Below, piece by piece: positions 9,264 to 19,219 of a stretch of 64,000 nt of DNA (positions are counted from its first letter, which is position 1; each line of letters begins with the position of its first letter). Position numbers and translations under genes: made by a program. The notes under the pieces were generated by a model. It was not told the origin of the DNA. It saw only the letters and a list, made by a program, of their open reading frames with translations, and did not search any database. Origin of the DNA: Acidimicrobiia bacterium (GTDB taxonomy: Bacteria > Actinomycetota > Acidimicrobiia > Spongiisociales > ZC4RG35); the NCBI GenBank assembly GCA_965203555.1, contig CBDBCY010000004.1:1280001-1344000 (forward strand), read 5' to 3'.

Positions 9264-10025
9264 CTACACCACGCTCCATCCGCCATCCACAAAAAGGGTC
9301 TGGCCGGTGATATAGCTTCCGGTGGAACCCGCCAGGAACACCACCGCCTCAGCCACCTCCTCAGAGAATCCGTACCGTCCCACGGGGATACTGGATTTGA
9401 TCTTTGCCACCTGCTCGGCATTGGCCGGATCGTTGCGAAACGGGGCATTCATCGGCGTCTCTATGAACCCTGGCGCAACCGTGTTCACCCTCACTCCGAA
9501 CTCGCACCATTCGGCGGCCATGGTTCTGGTGAGCCCGATGATTCCCGCCTTGGAGGCTGCGTACCCTCCGATCCGGGGAATGCCGTACGGCCCGGAGATA
9601 GAGGCGATGTTCACCACCGACCCCGAGCGTTGAGCGATGAGATGACGGACGGCGGCGCGGGTGACATGGAAGACCGAAGACAGGTTGACCCCTATGATCC
9701 GGTCCCATTCTCGGGCCTCCAGTCGGTCCAGCCGGGCTCGGTTCTGCCGCTGACCGGCGTTGTTCACCACCACGTCCAGCCTTCCGAACTCGGCCATCAC
9801 CGTTTCGACCGCCGAGTGGATGTCTGCTTGATCTGTCACGTCGCAAGTGACCGCCAGACCGTCCGATCCCCCGACCGACTCCAGGGTCGCCTCCAGACCC
9901 AACCGATTACGGGCCAGGAGCGCCACCCGTGCACCCTCTCGAGCCAGAGCCACCGAGGTGGCCCGGCCGATACCCTGGCTGGCGCCGGTGACCAGGGCCA
10001 CCTTCCCTGCCAGTCGGGTCTCCAC
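9264..10025 (-). CDS. SDR family oxidoreductase (paralog 2)
   Basis: TGASQGIG, NNAG, YAASK, VDGGWSVV. GTG start chosen by alignment with the paralogs. Confidence 0.9.
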   Translation of the reverse strand: METRLAGKVALVTGASQGIGRATSVALAREGARVALLARNRLGLEATLESVGGSDGLAVTCDVTDQADIHSAVETVMAEFGRLDVVVNNAGQRQNRARLDRLEAREWDRIIGVNLSSVFHVTRAAVRHLIAQRSGSVVNIASISGPYGIPRIGGYAASKAGIIGLTRTMAAEWCEFGVRVNTVAPGFIETPMNAPFRNDPANAEQVAKIKSSIPVGRYGFSEEVAEAVVFLAGSTGSYITGQTLFVDGGWSVV

Positions 10026-10184
10026 CCCCGCTACCCGATCCTGATCATGGCAGCCGGCACGCTGTCGTCTGAGGTTGATGGACATCCCAGACGGTTCCGC
10101 CTGCCGGTTCCTTCTGCGTTTTCTGATGGAATGTCATAGACAAGATGCATGAATAGGCTAGGGGAAAACGGCTGAAGGAGAGGG

Positions 10185-11591
10185 TTGGCTAACACCACAC
10201 TGATCAGAGGTGGAAGGGTCGTCACCGCCCAAAGCGATGTAACCGAAGACATCCTCATCGAGGACGGAAAGATCCTGAGAATGGGAGATCTGGCTGGCTT
10301 TCCGGCCGATCAGGTGATCGACGCCTCCGGCAAACTGGTCATTCCCGGTGGCATCGATCCTCACACCCACTTCGATCTTCCGTCGATGGGCACCGTCGGC
10401 GTCGACGACTTCTACACGGGGACCGCCGCGGCGGCAGTGGGCGGGACCACCACCATCATCGACTTCCCCACCCAGAACCGGGGCGAGGATCCCCGGGTCT
10501 CGCTTGAGGAGTGGTTCGGCAGATCGGAGGGGAGGACCGCGGTGGATTGGGCGTTTCATCAGATCATCACCGATCTGTCGGGCCCCTACCGGCCCTCCCT
10601 CCGAGCTTTGATGGAAGAGGGAATCTCCAGTTTCAAGTTGTTCATGGCCTACCCCAATGCCTTGATGCTGGATGATGGATCGATCTTGCGAGCTTTGCAG
10701 TGGACCCGGGAAAACGGGGGCCTGGTGATGCTCCACTGCGAGAACGGTCCCGCCATCGAATTCCTCATTCAGCAGGCGTTGGCGAGCGGGCGGACCGATC
10801 CCATCTACCATGCATTGACCCGACCTTCCACCGTCGAGGGAGAGGCCACCTCACGGGCGATCGCCCTGGCGCAGATCGCCCGGGTTCCGGTGTATGTGGT
10901 GCACCTCTCCGCCGAAGAGGCCCTGCAGGCGGTGGGAGGAGCCCGTCGGCGAGGACTCCCGGTCTACGCCGAGACCTGCCCCCACTATCTGCTGCTGTCC
11001 GACGACGACCTCCGGTCACCGGACTTCCAGGGCGCCAAGTACGTGTGCTCTCCGCCGCTGCGACCCGCCTCCCATCAGGAACCCCTCTGGCGGGGACTGG
11101 CCTCCGGCGACCTGCAGTTGGTCTCCACCGACCATGCTCCGTTCAACTTCTCGGGCCAAAAAGAGATGGGAAGAGGGGACTTCTCCAAGATCCCCAACGG
11201 CATGCCGGGAGTGGAGTGGCGGATTAACCTGCTGTATCACTTCGGGGTGGCCCGGGAGAGATTTTCGCTCAACCGCTGGGTGGAGATCACCTCCACCAAC
11301 GCCGCCAAACTGTTCGGCCTCTATCCGCAGAAGGGTGAAATAGCTCCGGGATCCGACGCCGACCTGGTGGTATTCGATCCCGACCGGGAACATACCCTCA
11401 CCGCCGAGACCCAGATGACCAGTTGCGACTACAACCCCTACGAAGGGCTGGCTCTTCGGGGAGCGCCGGAAATGGTCCTGCTGCGCGGAGAGACAGTGGT
11501 GCGGGACGGCAAGTTCGTGGGCCGGGCAGGCATGGGCCGATTCATCAGACGACAGCCGTCGGAGAGCCTTCATACCGACATACTCTCGTGA
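10185..11591 (+). CDS. hydA: Dihydropyrimidinase / D-hydantoinase (copy 1)
   Basis: PGGIDPHTH, GGTTTIIDF, SFKLFMAY, HCENG, VVHLS, ETCPHYL, STDHAPF, KIPNG. RBS AAGGAG. Confidence 0.92.
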   Translation: MANTTLIRGGRVVTAQSDVTEDILIEDGKILRMGDLAGFPADQVIDASGKLVIPGGIDPHTHFDLPSMGTVGVDDFYTGTAAAAVGGTTTIIDFPTQNRGEDPRVSLEEWFGRSEGRTAVDWAFHQIITDLSGPYRPSLRALMEEGISSFKLFMAYPNALMLDDGSILRALQWTRENGGLVMLHCENGPAIEFLIQQALASGRTDPIYHALTRPSTVEGEATSRAIALAQIARVPVYVVHLSAEEALQAVGGARRRGLPVYAETCPHYLLLSDDDLRSPDFQGAKYVCSPPLRPASHQEPLWRGLASGDLQLVSTDHAPFNFSGQKEMGRGDFSKIPNGMPGVEWRINLLYHFGVARERFSLNRWVEITSTNAAKLFGLYPQKGEIAPGSDADLVVFDPDREHTLTAETQMTSCDYNPYEGLALRGAPEMVLLRGETVVRDGKFVGRAGMGRFIRRQPSESLHTDILS

Positions 11592-11845
11592 ACCAGGGTC
11601 TGGTCGGCCAGGTGCATGAGCCTTGGCGTGGATCGCTAAAAAAGGAGCCAGTGCAGTGTGTTCTTCGTCACAGGTGTGGCCCATATTGGAAGGGTCGAAC
11701 ACCTCTCGGTCCGGTCCGACGTCGCCAGTCCGCCCAAAGACCCATTTTGGAGGTCAGAGGTCATATCTCAAAACTAAATATCTGCCCTTTCGGATCCAGG
11801 ATTACAGATTCTTTTAGCGCTTTTTGTAGTGGTTAGAGGTAGTTT

Positions 11846-11867
11846 TATCACACCCCCCTGGCATACT
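11846..11867 (+). promoter_or_regulatory. Possible actinobacterial RecA-NDp/PafBC-type promoter
   Basis: TATCACAC-N8-CATACT resembles TGTCRGTG-N8-TAnnnT. An ATG follows at 11877. Confidence 0.3.
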
Positions 11868-11876
11868 CAGTGGGTA

Positions 11877-12134
11877 ATGGGACTGAAAAACACCCACAGC
11901 CGGTCATCAACCGGGAGCAGGGTGGCTGCCAGGAATCAAGCACGGTTCGTGCCGCCTGCCCTGCCGGTCAAAGAGACTTCGCTTTCCGACTTGAAAGAAC
12001 AGATCCGCTCTGCCAGCCGAGTGAAAGCCCAAGCCGAAGCCCTCCGAGCCCGCGCCGCGGCCGAGTTCGCCAAAAGAGCAGGAGACAGCCTGGCGGAAAA
12101 GACTCTCCGGGAACTCCTGATCCAAGTGAGTTGA
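11877..12134 (+). pseudogene. Truncated N-terminal fragment resembling DUF222/HNH (13E12-type) proteins
   Basis: Helical segment LSDLKEQIRSASRVKAQAEALRARAAAEFAKR ends abruptly just before the convergent RND gene. No HNH motif remains. Confidence 0.4.
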
Positions 12135-12182
12135 CTCCACGAAACCGGGTGATCATCAGACTGCAAGGCAGTCGTCTTGGTT

Positions 12183-15100
12183 CTATTCTTGGGAGCCTTT
12201 GGTGATCATCACCAGTGTTGGCAGGCCGAATAGGACGAAGAAGCCGGACATGATGAGTCCGCCGACAATGCTGACCGCCAGGGGGACGAGGACGGTAAGT
12301 CCTTCGCTGCGTTCGTAGAGCAGGGGCAGCAAGCCAAGTAGTGTGGTGGCGCTGGTGAGGAACACTGCCCTGAAGCGTTGGTTGGCGGCCCAGGCCAGGG
12401 CAGCGATTGCGGGTATGTCCTTGGCGCGTCGGATTTTGCCGTAGCGATCCAGCAACACCAGTACGTCGTTGACTACTACACCCGAGACGCCGATGATCCC
12501 GAAGATGGACAGTCCCGTTAGGTCCCAGCCGAGTATCCAGTGGCCTAGGATCGCGCCGGCTGCTGCTAGCGGGATTCCGGCTGCGGCGGCTAGTGGTTTC
12601 CAGTAGCTACGGAGGAAGGCCGCCATGAGTGCGTACATGGCGATGAGCATGATCGGGATTACTAGGGCCCAGTTTCTGAACAGATTCTGTTCGGCTTTCC
12701 ACCCACTGGACGTGTCGAGGATTAGACCTGGGTATTTGTCGAGCAAAGCTGGAAAGACCTCGTCTGAAAGGTACCTGCGGGCTTGGATCGGTGTCGTTAT
12801 TGCCTCATCCACGTTGGCGGAGACCAGCGCTGCCTGTTTGCCGTCTGCCCGGATTAGCTCTTTCAACTCCCGTGTTTCGCTGAGGGTGGCGACGGCGTTG
12901 ATCGGCACATCGCCGCCGGTGGCGCCAGGCAGGCGGATACGTTCGCTTGCCAATTCGTGTAAGCTCCGTCGCCTTTCCTCGGGGTAGCGCAGGATCACCT
13001 TTAGCTCTTCTTGGCCTCGCTGGATTCGCTGCACCTCCGTGCCGTAGAAACTGTTTCGCAGGTGCGTCCCGATCGCGATGGGCGTCAATCCGGCCGCGTA
13101 TCCTGCGGGGGTTAGATCGATTTCCAGGTGCCGTTTGCCCGGAGACATACTGTCATTGAGTTCGTAGGCGCCGGGCACGGCGGCAATGGCGGTCCCTAGT
13201 TCTGTCGCTGCCTGCTTTAGCGCTTGTTGGTTATCGTGCTTTAGCAATACAGCAATGTCGGCAAGGACACGGACACGCGAACTCCGGTACCGCATCGTTT
13301 CGACTCCGGCGAGGCTACCAACGGCATTACGCCATTCCCGCTCGATCTCCTGGAGCGACGCTCTACGAATAGGCCGCGGATGCAGTTTCAGGACCACGGA
13401 AGCCAGATGGCTGCCGTTGGGTGATGTTACGTCGAAGATCGACTCTGCGATGTTGCCTGCCAGGACCCTGACCGACCGGACCGTGTTCCCGCCTAGTCGG
13501 TCGTCGACAACGTACGCTGCGTCGACCACCCGCTCCACAGCTTCCAGTGTGTTCTCGAACGGCGACCCGACCGGAAGAAGCATGTTGACCTGGATGTCGT
13601 CTGTAATACTGTCCTGTTCGTCGAAGATGAGAACCCGGACGGTGTCGGTTGCCACCAGCGACACCGCCAGGACCAACACCAGCAGGGCACCGGTCAAGGT
13701 CAGCCACATGTGCCGCATCGACCATGTAACCGCTGGGGCGACGGTCTTGTCGCGTACCTTGTCCAGCCAGGCGCTTACCCGTTGTTGGATGCCCTTGAGT
13801 GGCCAACGACTCCATTCCTTACCGTGAGATAGATGCGCCGGCAGTATTAGGAATGCCTCGAGCAACGAGACAGCGAGCACGAAGACCGTGACATAGAAGA
13901 AGGGACGGAGCGTCTCGTAGTACCCAACTCCGAACAGCATCGGCACGAAAGCGAGCATCGTGGTCAGGACGCCGACAGTGACCGGACCGACCACCGACCT
14001 GGCACCCGAAATAGCCGCGCTGACAGCGCTCTTGCCCATCGCGCGTTCTGAGGCAATGCTCTCGCCCACTACCAGAGCGTCATCTACAACAAGGCCGATC
14101 ATTAGGAAGAAGCCGAAGATCGTGAAGATGTTCAAACTCATGTCGGCCAGACCGAAGAACGACATAGCACCAATGAAGGACACCGGGATACCTGCGGTTA
14201 TCCATACCGCCACTCGTAGGTCGAACACCAGAATCAGCAACAAGAACACCAAAAGCAATCCGATAGCGGCGTTACGCATGATGTCAGTGATGCGATCGAC
14301 CGCGGGTTCGGCCTGATCGCTCCAGATGCTGACTTCGATATTGGGAGGGGGTTCGTAGCTATCCAGCCAGTTCCTCACATGGCCGGCGATGTCGGATATC
14401 GACGTTCCCTCCAACGAGTTGACACGCACGAACACCGCTGGTTTGCCGTCAAGGGTGCTGACGATGTTCTCATCAGCGAATCCATCGCTGATATCGGCTA
14501 CGTCACCTAACCTTACGATGGCGCCGGCCGGTCTTGTGAGGAGCGGTATGTCCGCGAATTCCTCACCCACGGTGCGCTTGCCCAGGGTATGCAAGACGAT
14601 TTCCCCGGAGTCGGTGCGCAGTTGCCCGAAACTCAGGTTTACGGAGTCTCGTCTCAAAACCCCGGCCACTTGGGAGAAACTGAGATCGTGGCGGCGAAGT
14701 GCCTCCTCGCTCAACTCGATAGTTACCTCACGATCACGGGCTCCACGTAAGGTGACTTGTGGGAGAGACGGAAACTGCTGTAACTGCGAACGGATCTGCT
14801 CCGCTGCGGACCTCAAGTGGTCTTCGGATGCATGCGAAGACGCCACCGCCACAGTGATGACCTCATCCTTGGGCTGGACAAACTCTACCTCTGGTCTCTC
14901 AGCATTGGGCGGGGGAAAGGCTTCCACCCTGCCCAGAGCATCATGAACGTTTTCCATCACCGTTTCACGGTTCACGAATGTCTTGAGCTCGAGGGTGGTC
15001 ACGCCCAAGCCTTGAACCGCGGTCGTCTGGACCCGGTCGATACCCTCCAACCCGATGAAGGCCTCCTCTAAGCGCCGATTAATGTCCTCGTTCACTTCCG

Positions 15101-15329
15101 ACGCAGAAGAGCCAGGGGAATAAACAGACACGGTGATTTGAGATGGGCTGACCTTCGGAAAGCTCTGCAAGGGAAGGTTCCACGCCGCAACGAGACCGCC
15201 CACGACCAACAAGACCATCAGGAGGTTGGCGGCGACGGGATTCCTGGCGAAGAAGGCGATAGGTCCCCGCTTCTCGTCCTCCGCGCCGATGCCCTGCAGC
15301 GGATCCCGCTCGAAATCGGTGGCAGCCAT
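12183..15329 (-). CDS. RND efflux transporter permease (AcrB/AcrD/AcrF family)
   Basis: 1048 aa with two TM bundles and two large soluble loops. Motifs NPVAANLLM, IGLVVDDALVVGE, GVVVND, RFRAVFLTSATT. Confidence 0.92.
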   Translation of the reverse strand: MAATDFERDPLQGIGAEDEKRGPIAFFARNPVAANLLMVLLVVGGLVAAWNLPLQSFPKVSPSQITVSVYSPGSSASEVNEDINRRLEEAFIGLEGIDRVQTTAVQGLGVTTLELKTFVNRETVMENVHDALGRVEAFPPPNAERPEVEFVQPKDEVITVAVASSHASEDHLRSAAEQIRSQLQQFPSLPQVTLRGARDREVTIELSEEALRRHDLSFSQVAGVLRRDSVNLSFGQLRTDSGEIVLHTLGKRTVGEEFADIPLLTRPAGAIVRLGDVADISDGFADENIVSTLDGKPAVFVRVNSLEGTSISDIAGHVRNWLDSYEPPPNIEVSIWSDQAEPAVDRITDIMRNAAIGLLLVFLLLILVFDLRVAVWITAGIPVSFIGAMSFFGLADMSLNIFTIFGFFLMIGLVVDDALVVGESIASERAMGKSAVSAAISGARSVVGPVTVGVLTTMLAFVPMLFGVGYYETLRPFFYVTVFVLAVSLLEAFLILPAHLSHGKEWSRWPLKGIQQRVSAWLDKVRDKTVAPAVTWSMRHMWLTLTGALLVLVLAVSLVATDTVRVLIFDEQDSITDDIQVNMLLPVGSPFENTLEAVERVVDAAYVVDDRLGGNTVRSVRVLAGNIAESIFDVTSPNGSHLASVVLKLHPRPIRRASLQEIEREWRNAVGSLAGVETMRYRSSRVRVLADIAVLLKHDNQQALKQAATELGTAIAAVPGAYELNDSMSPGKRHLEIDLTPAGYAAGLTPIAIGTHLRNSFYGTEVQRIQRGQEELKVILRYPEERRRSLHELASERIRLPGATGGDVPINAVATLSETRELKELIRADGKQAALVSANVDEAITTPIQARRYLSDEVFPALLDKYPGLILDTSSGWKAEQNLFRNWALVIPIMLIAMYALMAAFLRSYWKPLAAAAGIPLAAAGAILGHWILGWDLTGLSIFGIIGVSGVVVNDVLVLLDRYGKIRRAKDIPAIAALAWAANQRFRAVFLTSATTLLGLLPLLYERSEGLTVLVPLAVSIVGGLIMSGFFVLFGLPTLVMITKGSQE

Positions 15330-15342
15330 CTCGATGACTTCC

Positions 15343-16509
15343 CTAGGGTGCGCTACTCGTCAAATCCACCGCTAGACCTTCGGTAGCTCCTGCCGCTGCA
15401 CCAATCACTACCCCTTCGCCGGTATCGAAGGCCTCGACCAACTCACCGTCCACCGCGCGTCCCACACTCTTCGGCACAAACTCCACAAGGCGGCCGGACT
15501 TGACTATCCACACACTGCCCCCTCCCCGCAAGACAGAATCCGGGAGCACGAAAACGTCCTCGTGCACAGGTCCCTCAATCCGAACCTCAACAAACGTGCC
15601 CGGCCTAGGCAGCGACTCCGGTGGCACACCCTCCCCGAAATGCAAGAACAGCGCAGCCAGATGGGTCCTGGGGGCAACAACCGATGCAACCCCCGCCACT
15701 TCCGCATCCCACGATCCCGTACGTGCGGACACCCGAGCCGATCGGCCGATCACGGGCTCAAGCTTCTCCAGATCCGACGGATCGATCGGCACACGAACCT
15801 CCAACGCACCCACGCGATACAACAAAGCAATAGTGTCATCAGACCCCACCCCATCTCCCGACCCAACCGCATCCCCCGACCCAACCGCATCCCCCGACCC
15901 GACCAACTCCCCCACTTCTGCGCCCGACGCGATCACGCTGCTGGCAAACGGAAGAGAAATCACCGTACGTTGGAGTTCCAACTCCGCCAACTGCAAAGCC
16001 ACCCGCGCCTCGGCAAGCTCGGCCTCCGCTACCCGACGGGCCGCCTCACCACTCTCCCTCGCCACCCCCACACGGGCCTCAGCACTTCGAACCACCGCCG
16101 CCGCGTGGTCGACCCTCAACTCGAACTCAGCCGGATCGACCACCACAATCGGTTCATCGGCACCGAACGTCCCACCACTACGAAGCTTCGAAGACACCCA
16201 ATCCAGACGGCCCGTCACCTGGGAACGTAGCCTCACCGTACGCTGCGAACCCACCGTACCCGTCAACTCAAAGACCAACGACTCCGCCGTTGCGCTAGGT
16301 TGAAACACCTTCACCACAGGCCGCACGACATCCGCCTCCTGAACCGAACCACCAGAAACCGCAACAGAAGCGACACGTTCCACACGCGCAGGAGCCCGGG
16401 CAAGAACCACCGCGACAACAACCACCACCAGCACCAAAACCACCTGAGCCAAACCGACCCACCGCGACCTGGTCTGCTCTTTCCCGCCGCGATCCCGTTT
16501 CACCATCAT
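15343..16509 (-). CDS. RND efflux periplasmic adaptor (membrane fusion protein)
   Basis: N-terminal TM segment, lipoyl halves (SQVTGRL; ISLPF) flanking an alpha-hairpin. Directly upstream of the RND permease. Confidence 0.85.
   Translation of the reverse strand: MMVKRDRGGKEQTRSRWVGLAQVVLVLVVVVVAVVLARAPARVERVASVAVSGGSVQEADVVRPVVKVFQPSATAESLVFELTGTVGSQRTVRLRSQVTGRLDWVSSKLRSGGTFGADEPIVVVDPAEFELRVDHAAAVVRSAEARVGVARESGEAARRVAEAELAEARVALQLAELELQRTVISLPFASSVIASGAEVGELVGSGDAVGSGDAVGSGDGVGSDDTIALLYRVGALEVRVPIDPSDLEKLEPVIGRSARVSARTGSWDAEVAGVASVVAPRTHLAALFLHFGEGVPPESLPRPGTFVEVRIEGPVHEDVFVLPDSVLRGGGSVWIVKSGRLVEFVPKSVGRAVDGELVEAFDTGEGVVIGAAAGATEGLAVDLTSSAP
15838..15905. repeat. 18-bp tandem repeat (about 4 units) encoding VGSGDA
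   Basis: Units of cccgacccaaccgcatcc; protein VGSGDAVGSGDAVGSGDGVGSDD. Confidence 0.85.
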
Positions 16510-16708
16510 AAATGCTCAGTCGCTCTGTGTTTCAGGGAGATCAGAATCGTGAAAAGTGTCGGTGAAGGCGCTCGCGTCCGCTGATTTCCCAGAGGCCTTT
16601 GACCTGAATTGAAAATAAGCCACCGCGCGAACAATACCACCTTGTGTGTGATCAACCGGTGGCCTACGACCCCAAATATAATAATGCAGTAACCGAGGAG
16701 GAGCACGA

Positions 16709-17150
16709 ATGTCGGGCCTGAACGGTCGGTATCGAGGCCGTTTTGTGCTCCACGGGGCAAGAGCACTCTCGATCTACTCGTCGGGCGGGACCGAGCCGCA
16801 GAGCTGATCCCGTTACAAGATGAAGAGATAAAGCGCCAGGTGCTTGAGGACGCCCATCGAAACCCTCCTCCCGGTTCCAGGCTCCCCACCTACGGCGAGG
16901 GTCTCTTCTCCAGGGTTTACCGGTGGAAACAGGCTGTGTGCATGGGCTCTCCCGGGATGTTCACCGAGGTAACGGACATCCGCAGAGAAGAAGCACCCTG
17001 GTTTTCGCGGGATAGTGTGCGGTTTCGCGATTTGGTTTTTTGGGTGGCCAGCCACTTTTTTCTGGGTAGCCGGCCACATGAGGTGCCGCTCAAGAACCAT
17101 CGGAAGGTAGGAAACCTGTGGTCCTGCGGCGAAGACCTCCAGCGAACTCA
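16709..17150 (+). pseudogene. Possible frameshifted gene remnant of unknown family
   Basis: TATAAT and AGGAGGAG precede ATG 16709. That frame stops at 16807, while another frame stays open for more than 130 codons. Confidence 0.3.
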
Positions 17151-18440
17151 ATCCGGCAGGTGCGCGATTACGTCGGCGGTGGCGGCGATCAGGTCGTCGA
17201 CCTCGCCCAGAGTCATGGGAGTGGAGAGGCAGGCGGTCCCGCGGGCCGAGAGGTAGAAGCCGCGGTTGATCAAACCGAGGTGGAACAGTCGTCTCAGGTC
17301 GGGATCCACCCGGTTGACCGCGTGGGCGTCGGTGACGGGCTCGGAAGTGGGATGCAGGTTGAACAGCGAACCCATTCCGGTGACCTGTCCCGGAACCTCT
17401 CCTTCGGCGAATAAGCGGTTGATACCGGCGATGGCGTGTTCTCCGAGTTCGTTCAACTCCGCCAGCACCGGGTCGGTGAGCATCTCCAGACAAGCCAGGC
17501 CGGCGGCGGCGGTCACCGGGTTGCCGTTGAAGGTGCCGCCCCAGGAGATGTCTCCGGAGACGGGATGCATGATCTCCATGATCTCGCCCGCTCCGCCGAA
17601 GGCGCCGACCGGGAAGCCCCCGCCGATGATCTTGGCGAAAGTGCTCAGGTCGGGCCGGACCTGGTAGATGGCTTCGGCGCCTCCCCGGTGAAGGCGCAGG
17701 GTCTGCACTTCATCGAAGACGAGCAGAGAACCGTCTGCACTGGTGGCTTCCCGGAGAAAACCAAGAAACCCGGGGCTGGCGGGAATGACTCCCGACGCCC
17801 CCAGAACCGGCTCGACTATCACCGCGGCGAGCTCATGGCCCACCTGTTCCAGGACCTCCCGACACCCGTCGACGTCGTTGTAGGGCAGATCCACCACCAG
17901 TTCGGAGATCAGGCCGGGAACACCCGCCGCGGGAGCGGTGGTGTAGTCATGCGTTCCGTGATAGCTCCCCTCGAAGCGGCCGATCCGGGCCCGTCCGGTG
18001 TAGGCGCGGGCCAAGCGCATCGCCGCCATGGTGGCCTCGGTCCCCGAATTGGTGAATCTCACCAACTCCACGGAGGCGACCCTCTCGCAGATGACCTCCG
18101 CCAGCCGCACCTCGTATTCGGTCGGCGCCGCGAAGGCCGTTCCCCCTTCCGCGGCTTCCTGGGCAGCCTTCAGAATGCGGGGATGGGCGTGCCCACAGAT
18201 CAGCGACGTGTAATTGTTTAGGTAGTCGACCCGCCGGTTGCCGTCGACATCGACGATGTGGCACCCCTCTCCCCGCGCCTGGAACGGGGGGAAGGGCGGG
18301 AAGAAGGTGGTGGTGCGAGTGGTGCCGCCCGGAAGCACCTTCTGTGCGCGGCGGGACAGCTCCACGGACCGGGGATTGGCCCGACGGTACTCGGACACTT
18401 CCCGCTGGAGCGCGGCGGTGATCTGTGACCTGTCGTGCAC
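17148..18440 (-). CDS. Class III PLP aminotransferase (glutamate-1-semialdehyde aminomutase-like)
   Basis: DVDGN, RFTNSGTEA, GSYHG, FDEVQT, TFAKIIGGG, GTFNGNP. Confidence 0.9.
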   Translation of the reverse strand: MHDRSQITAALQREVSEYRRANPRSVELSRRAQKVLPGGTTRTTTFFPPFPPFQARGEGCHIVDVDGNRRVDYLNNYTSLICGHAHPRILKAAQEAAEGGTAFAAPTEYEVRLAEVICERVASVELVRFTNSGTEATMAAMRLARAYTGRARIGRFEGSYHGTHDYTTAPAAGVPGLISELVVDLPYNDVDGCREVLEQVGHELAAVIVEPVLGASGVIPASPGFLGFLREATSADGSLLVFDEVQTLRLHRGGAEAIYQVRPDLSTFAKIIGGGFPVGAFGGAGEIMEIMHPVSGDISWGGTFNGNPVTAAAGLACLEMLTDPVLAELNELGEHAIAGINRLFAEGEVPGQVTGMGSLFNLHPTSEPVTDAHAVNRVDPDLRRLFHLGLINRGFYLSARGTACLSTPMTLGEVDDLIAATADVIAHLPD

Positions 18441-18455
18441 GGGTCCGATCCTGCT

Positions 18456-19214
18456 CTACACCACGCTCCAGCCGCCGTCCACCATCAGCGTCTGGCCGGT
18501 TATGTAGCTGGAGCACTCCCCTGCCAGGAACACCACCGCACTGGCCACCTCCGAGGCGTCGGCGAACCTGCCCATGAGGATCTTCGACTTGATGGTCTCC
18601 AGCATCTCGGCGTTGGCGGGGTCGGTGCGCAACTCCACGTTCATCGGCGAGGAGGTCCAACCCGGCGCCACCGAATTGACCCTCACCCCGAATTCGCACC
18701 ACTCCGCAGCCATGGTCCTGGTGGCGCCGATAACTCCCGACTTGGAGGCGCTGTACGACCCGATGGTGGGAAAACCCAGCGGACCGGCGATGGACGAGAC
18801 GTTCACCACCGACCCCGACCGCTGCCCGATCAGATGCTGCACGGCCGCGCGGGTCACATAGAACACCGACGACAGGTTCGCCGCGATAACCCTGTCCCAC
18901 TCTTGGATCGACAACTCGTCCAGGCGCTGGAAGTTCTGCCTCGTGCCCGCGTTGTTCACCACCACGTCCAGCCTCCCCAGCGCCGAGACCACATTTTCGA
19001 CCGCCCCTACGACGGCGGAAGGGTCGGTCACGTCACATGCCGCGACGACGCCCGACCCTCCGATCATCTCCAGGGTCTCTTCAAGAGCCTGCCGGTTGCG
19101 CGCCAAGAGGCCGACCCGGGCACCTTCCTGCGCCAAGGCCAAGGCGATGGCCCGACCTATGCCCTGGCTGGCGCCGGTGACCAGGGCTGCTTTGCCCTTT
19201 AGCTGAGTATCCAT
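18456..19214 (-). CDS. SDR family oxidoreductase (paralog 3)
   Basis: TGASQGIG, NNAG, YSASK, VDGGWSVV. Confidence 0.9.
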   Translation of the reverse strand: MDTQLKGKAALVTGASQGIGRAIALALAQEGARVGLLARNRQALEETLEMIGGSGVVAACDVTDPSAVVGAVENVVSALGRLDVVVNNAGTRQNFQRLDELSIQEWDRVIAANLSSVFYVTRAAVQHLIGQRSGSVVNVSSIAGPLGFPTIGSYSASKSGVIGATRTMAAEWCEFGVRVNSVAPGWTSSPMNVELRTDPANAEMLETIKSKILMGRFADASEVASAVVFLAGECSSYITGQTLMVDGGWSVV

Positions 19215-19219
19215 CAGCC

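Noticed and set aside
17148-18440. hemL (also considered for 58079-59443)
   Set aside because: The fold is GSA-aminomutase-like, but there is no tetrapyrrole context and there are two divergent copies, so no symbol was assigned.
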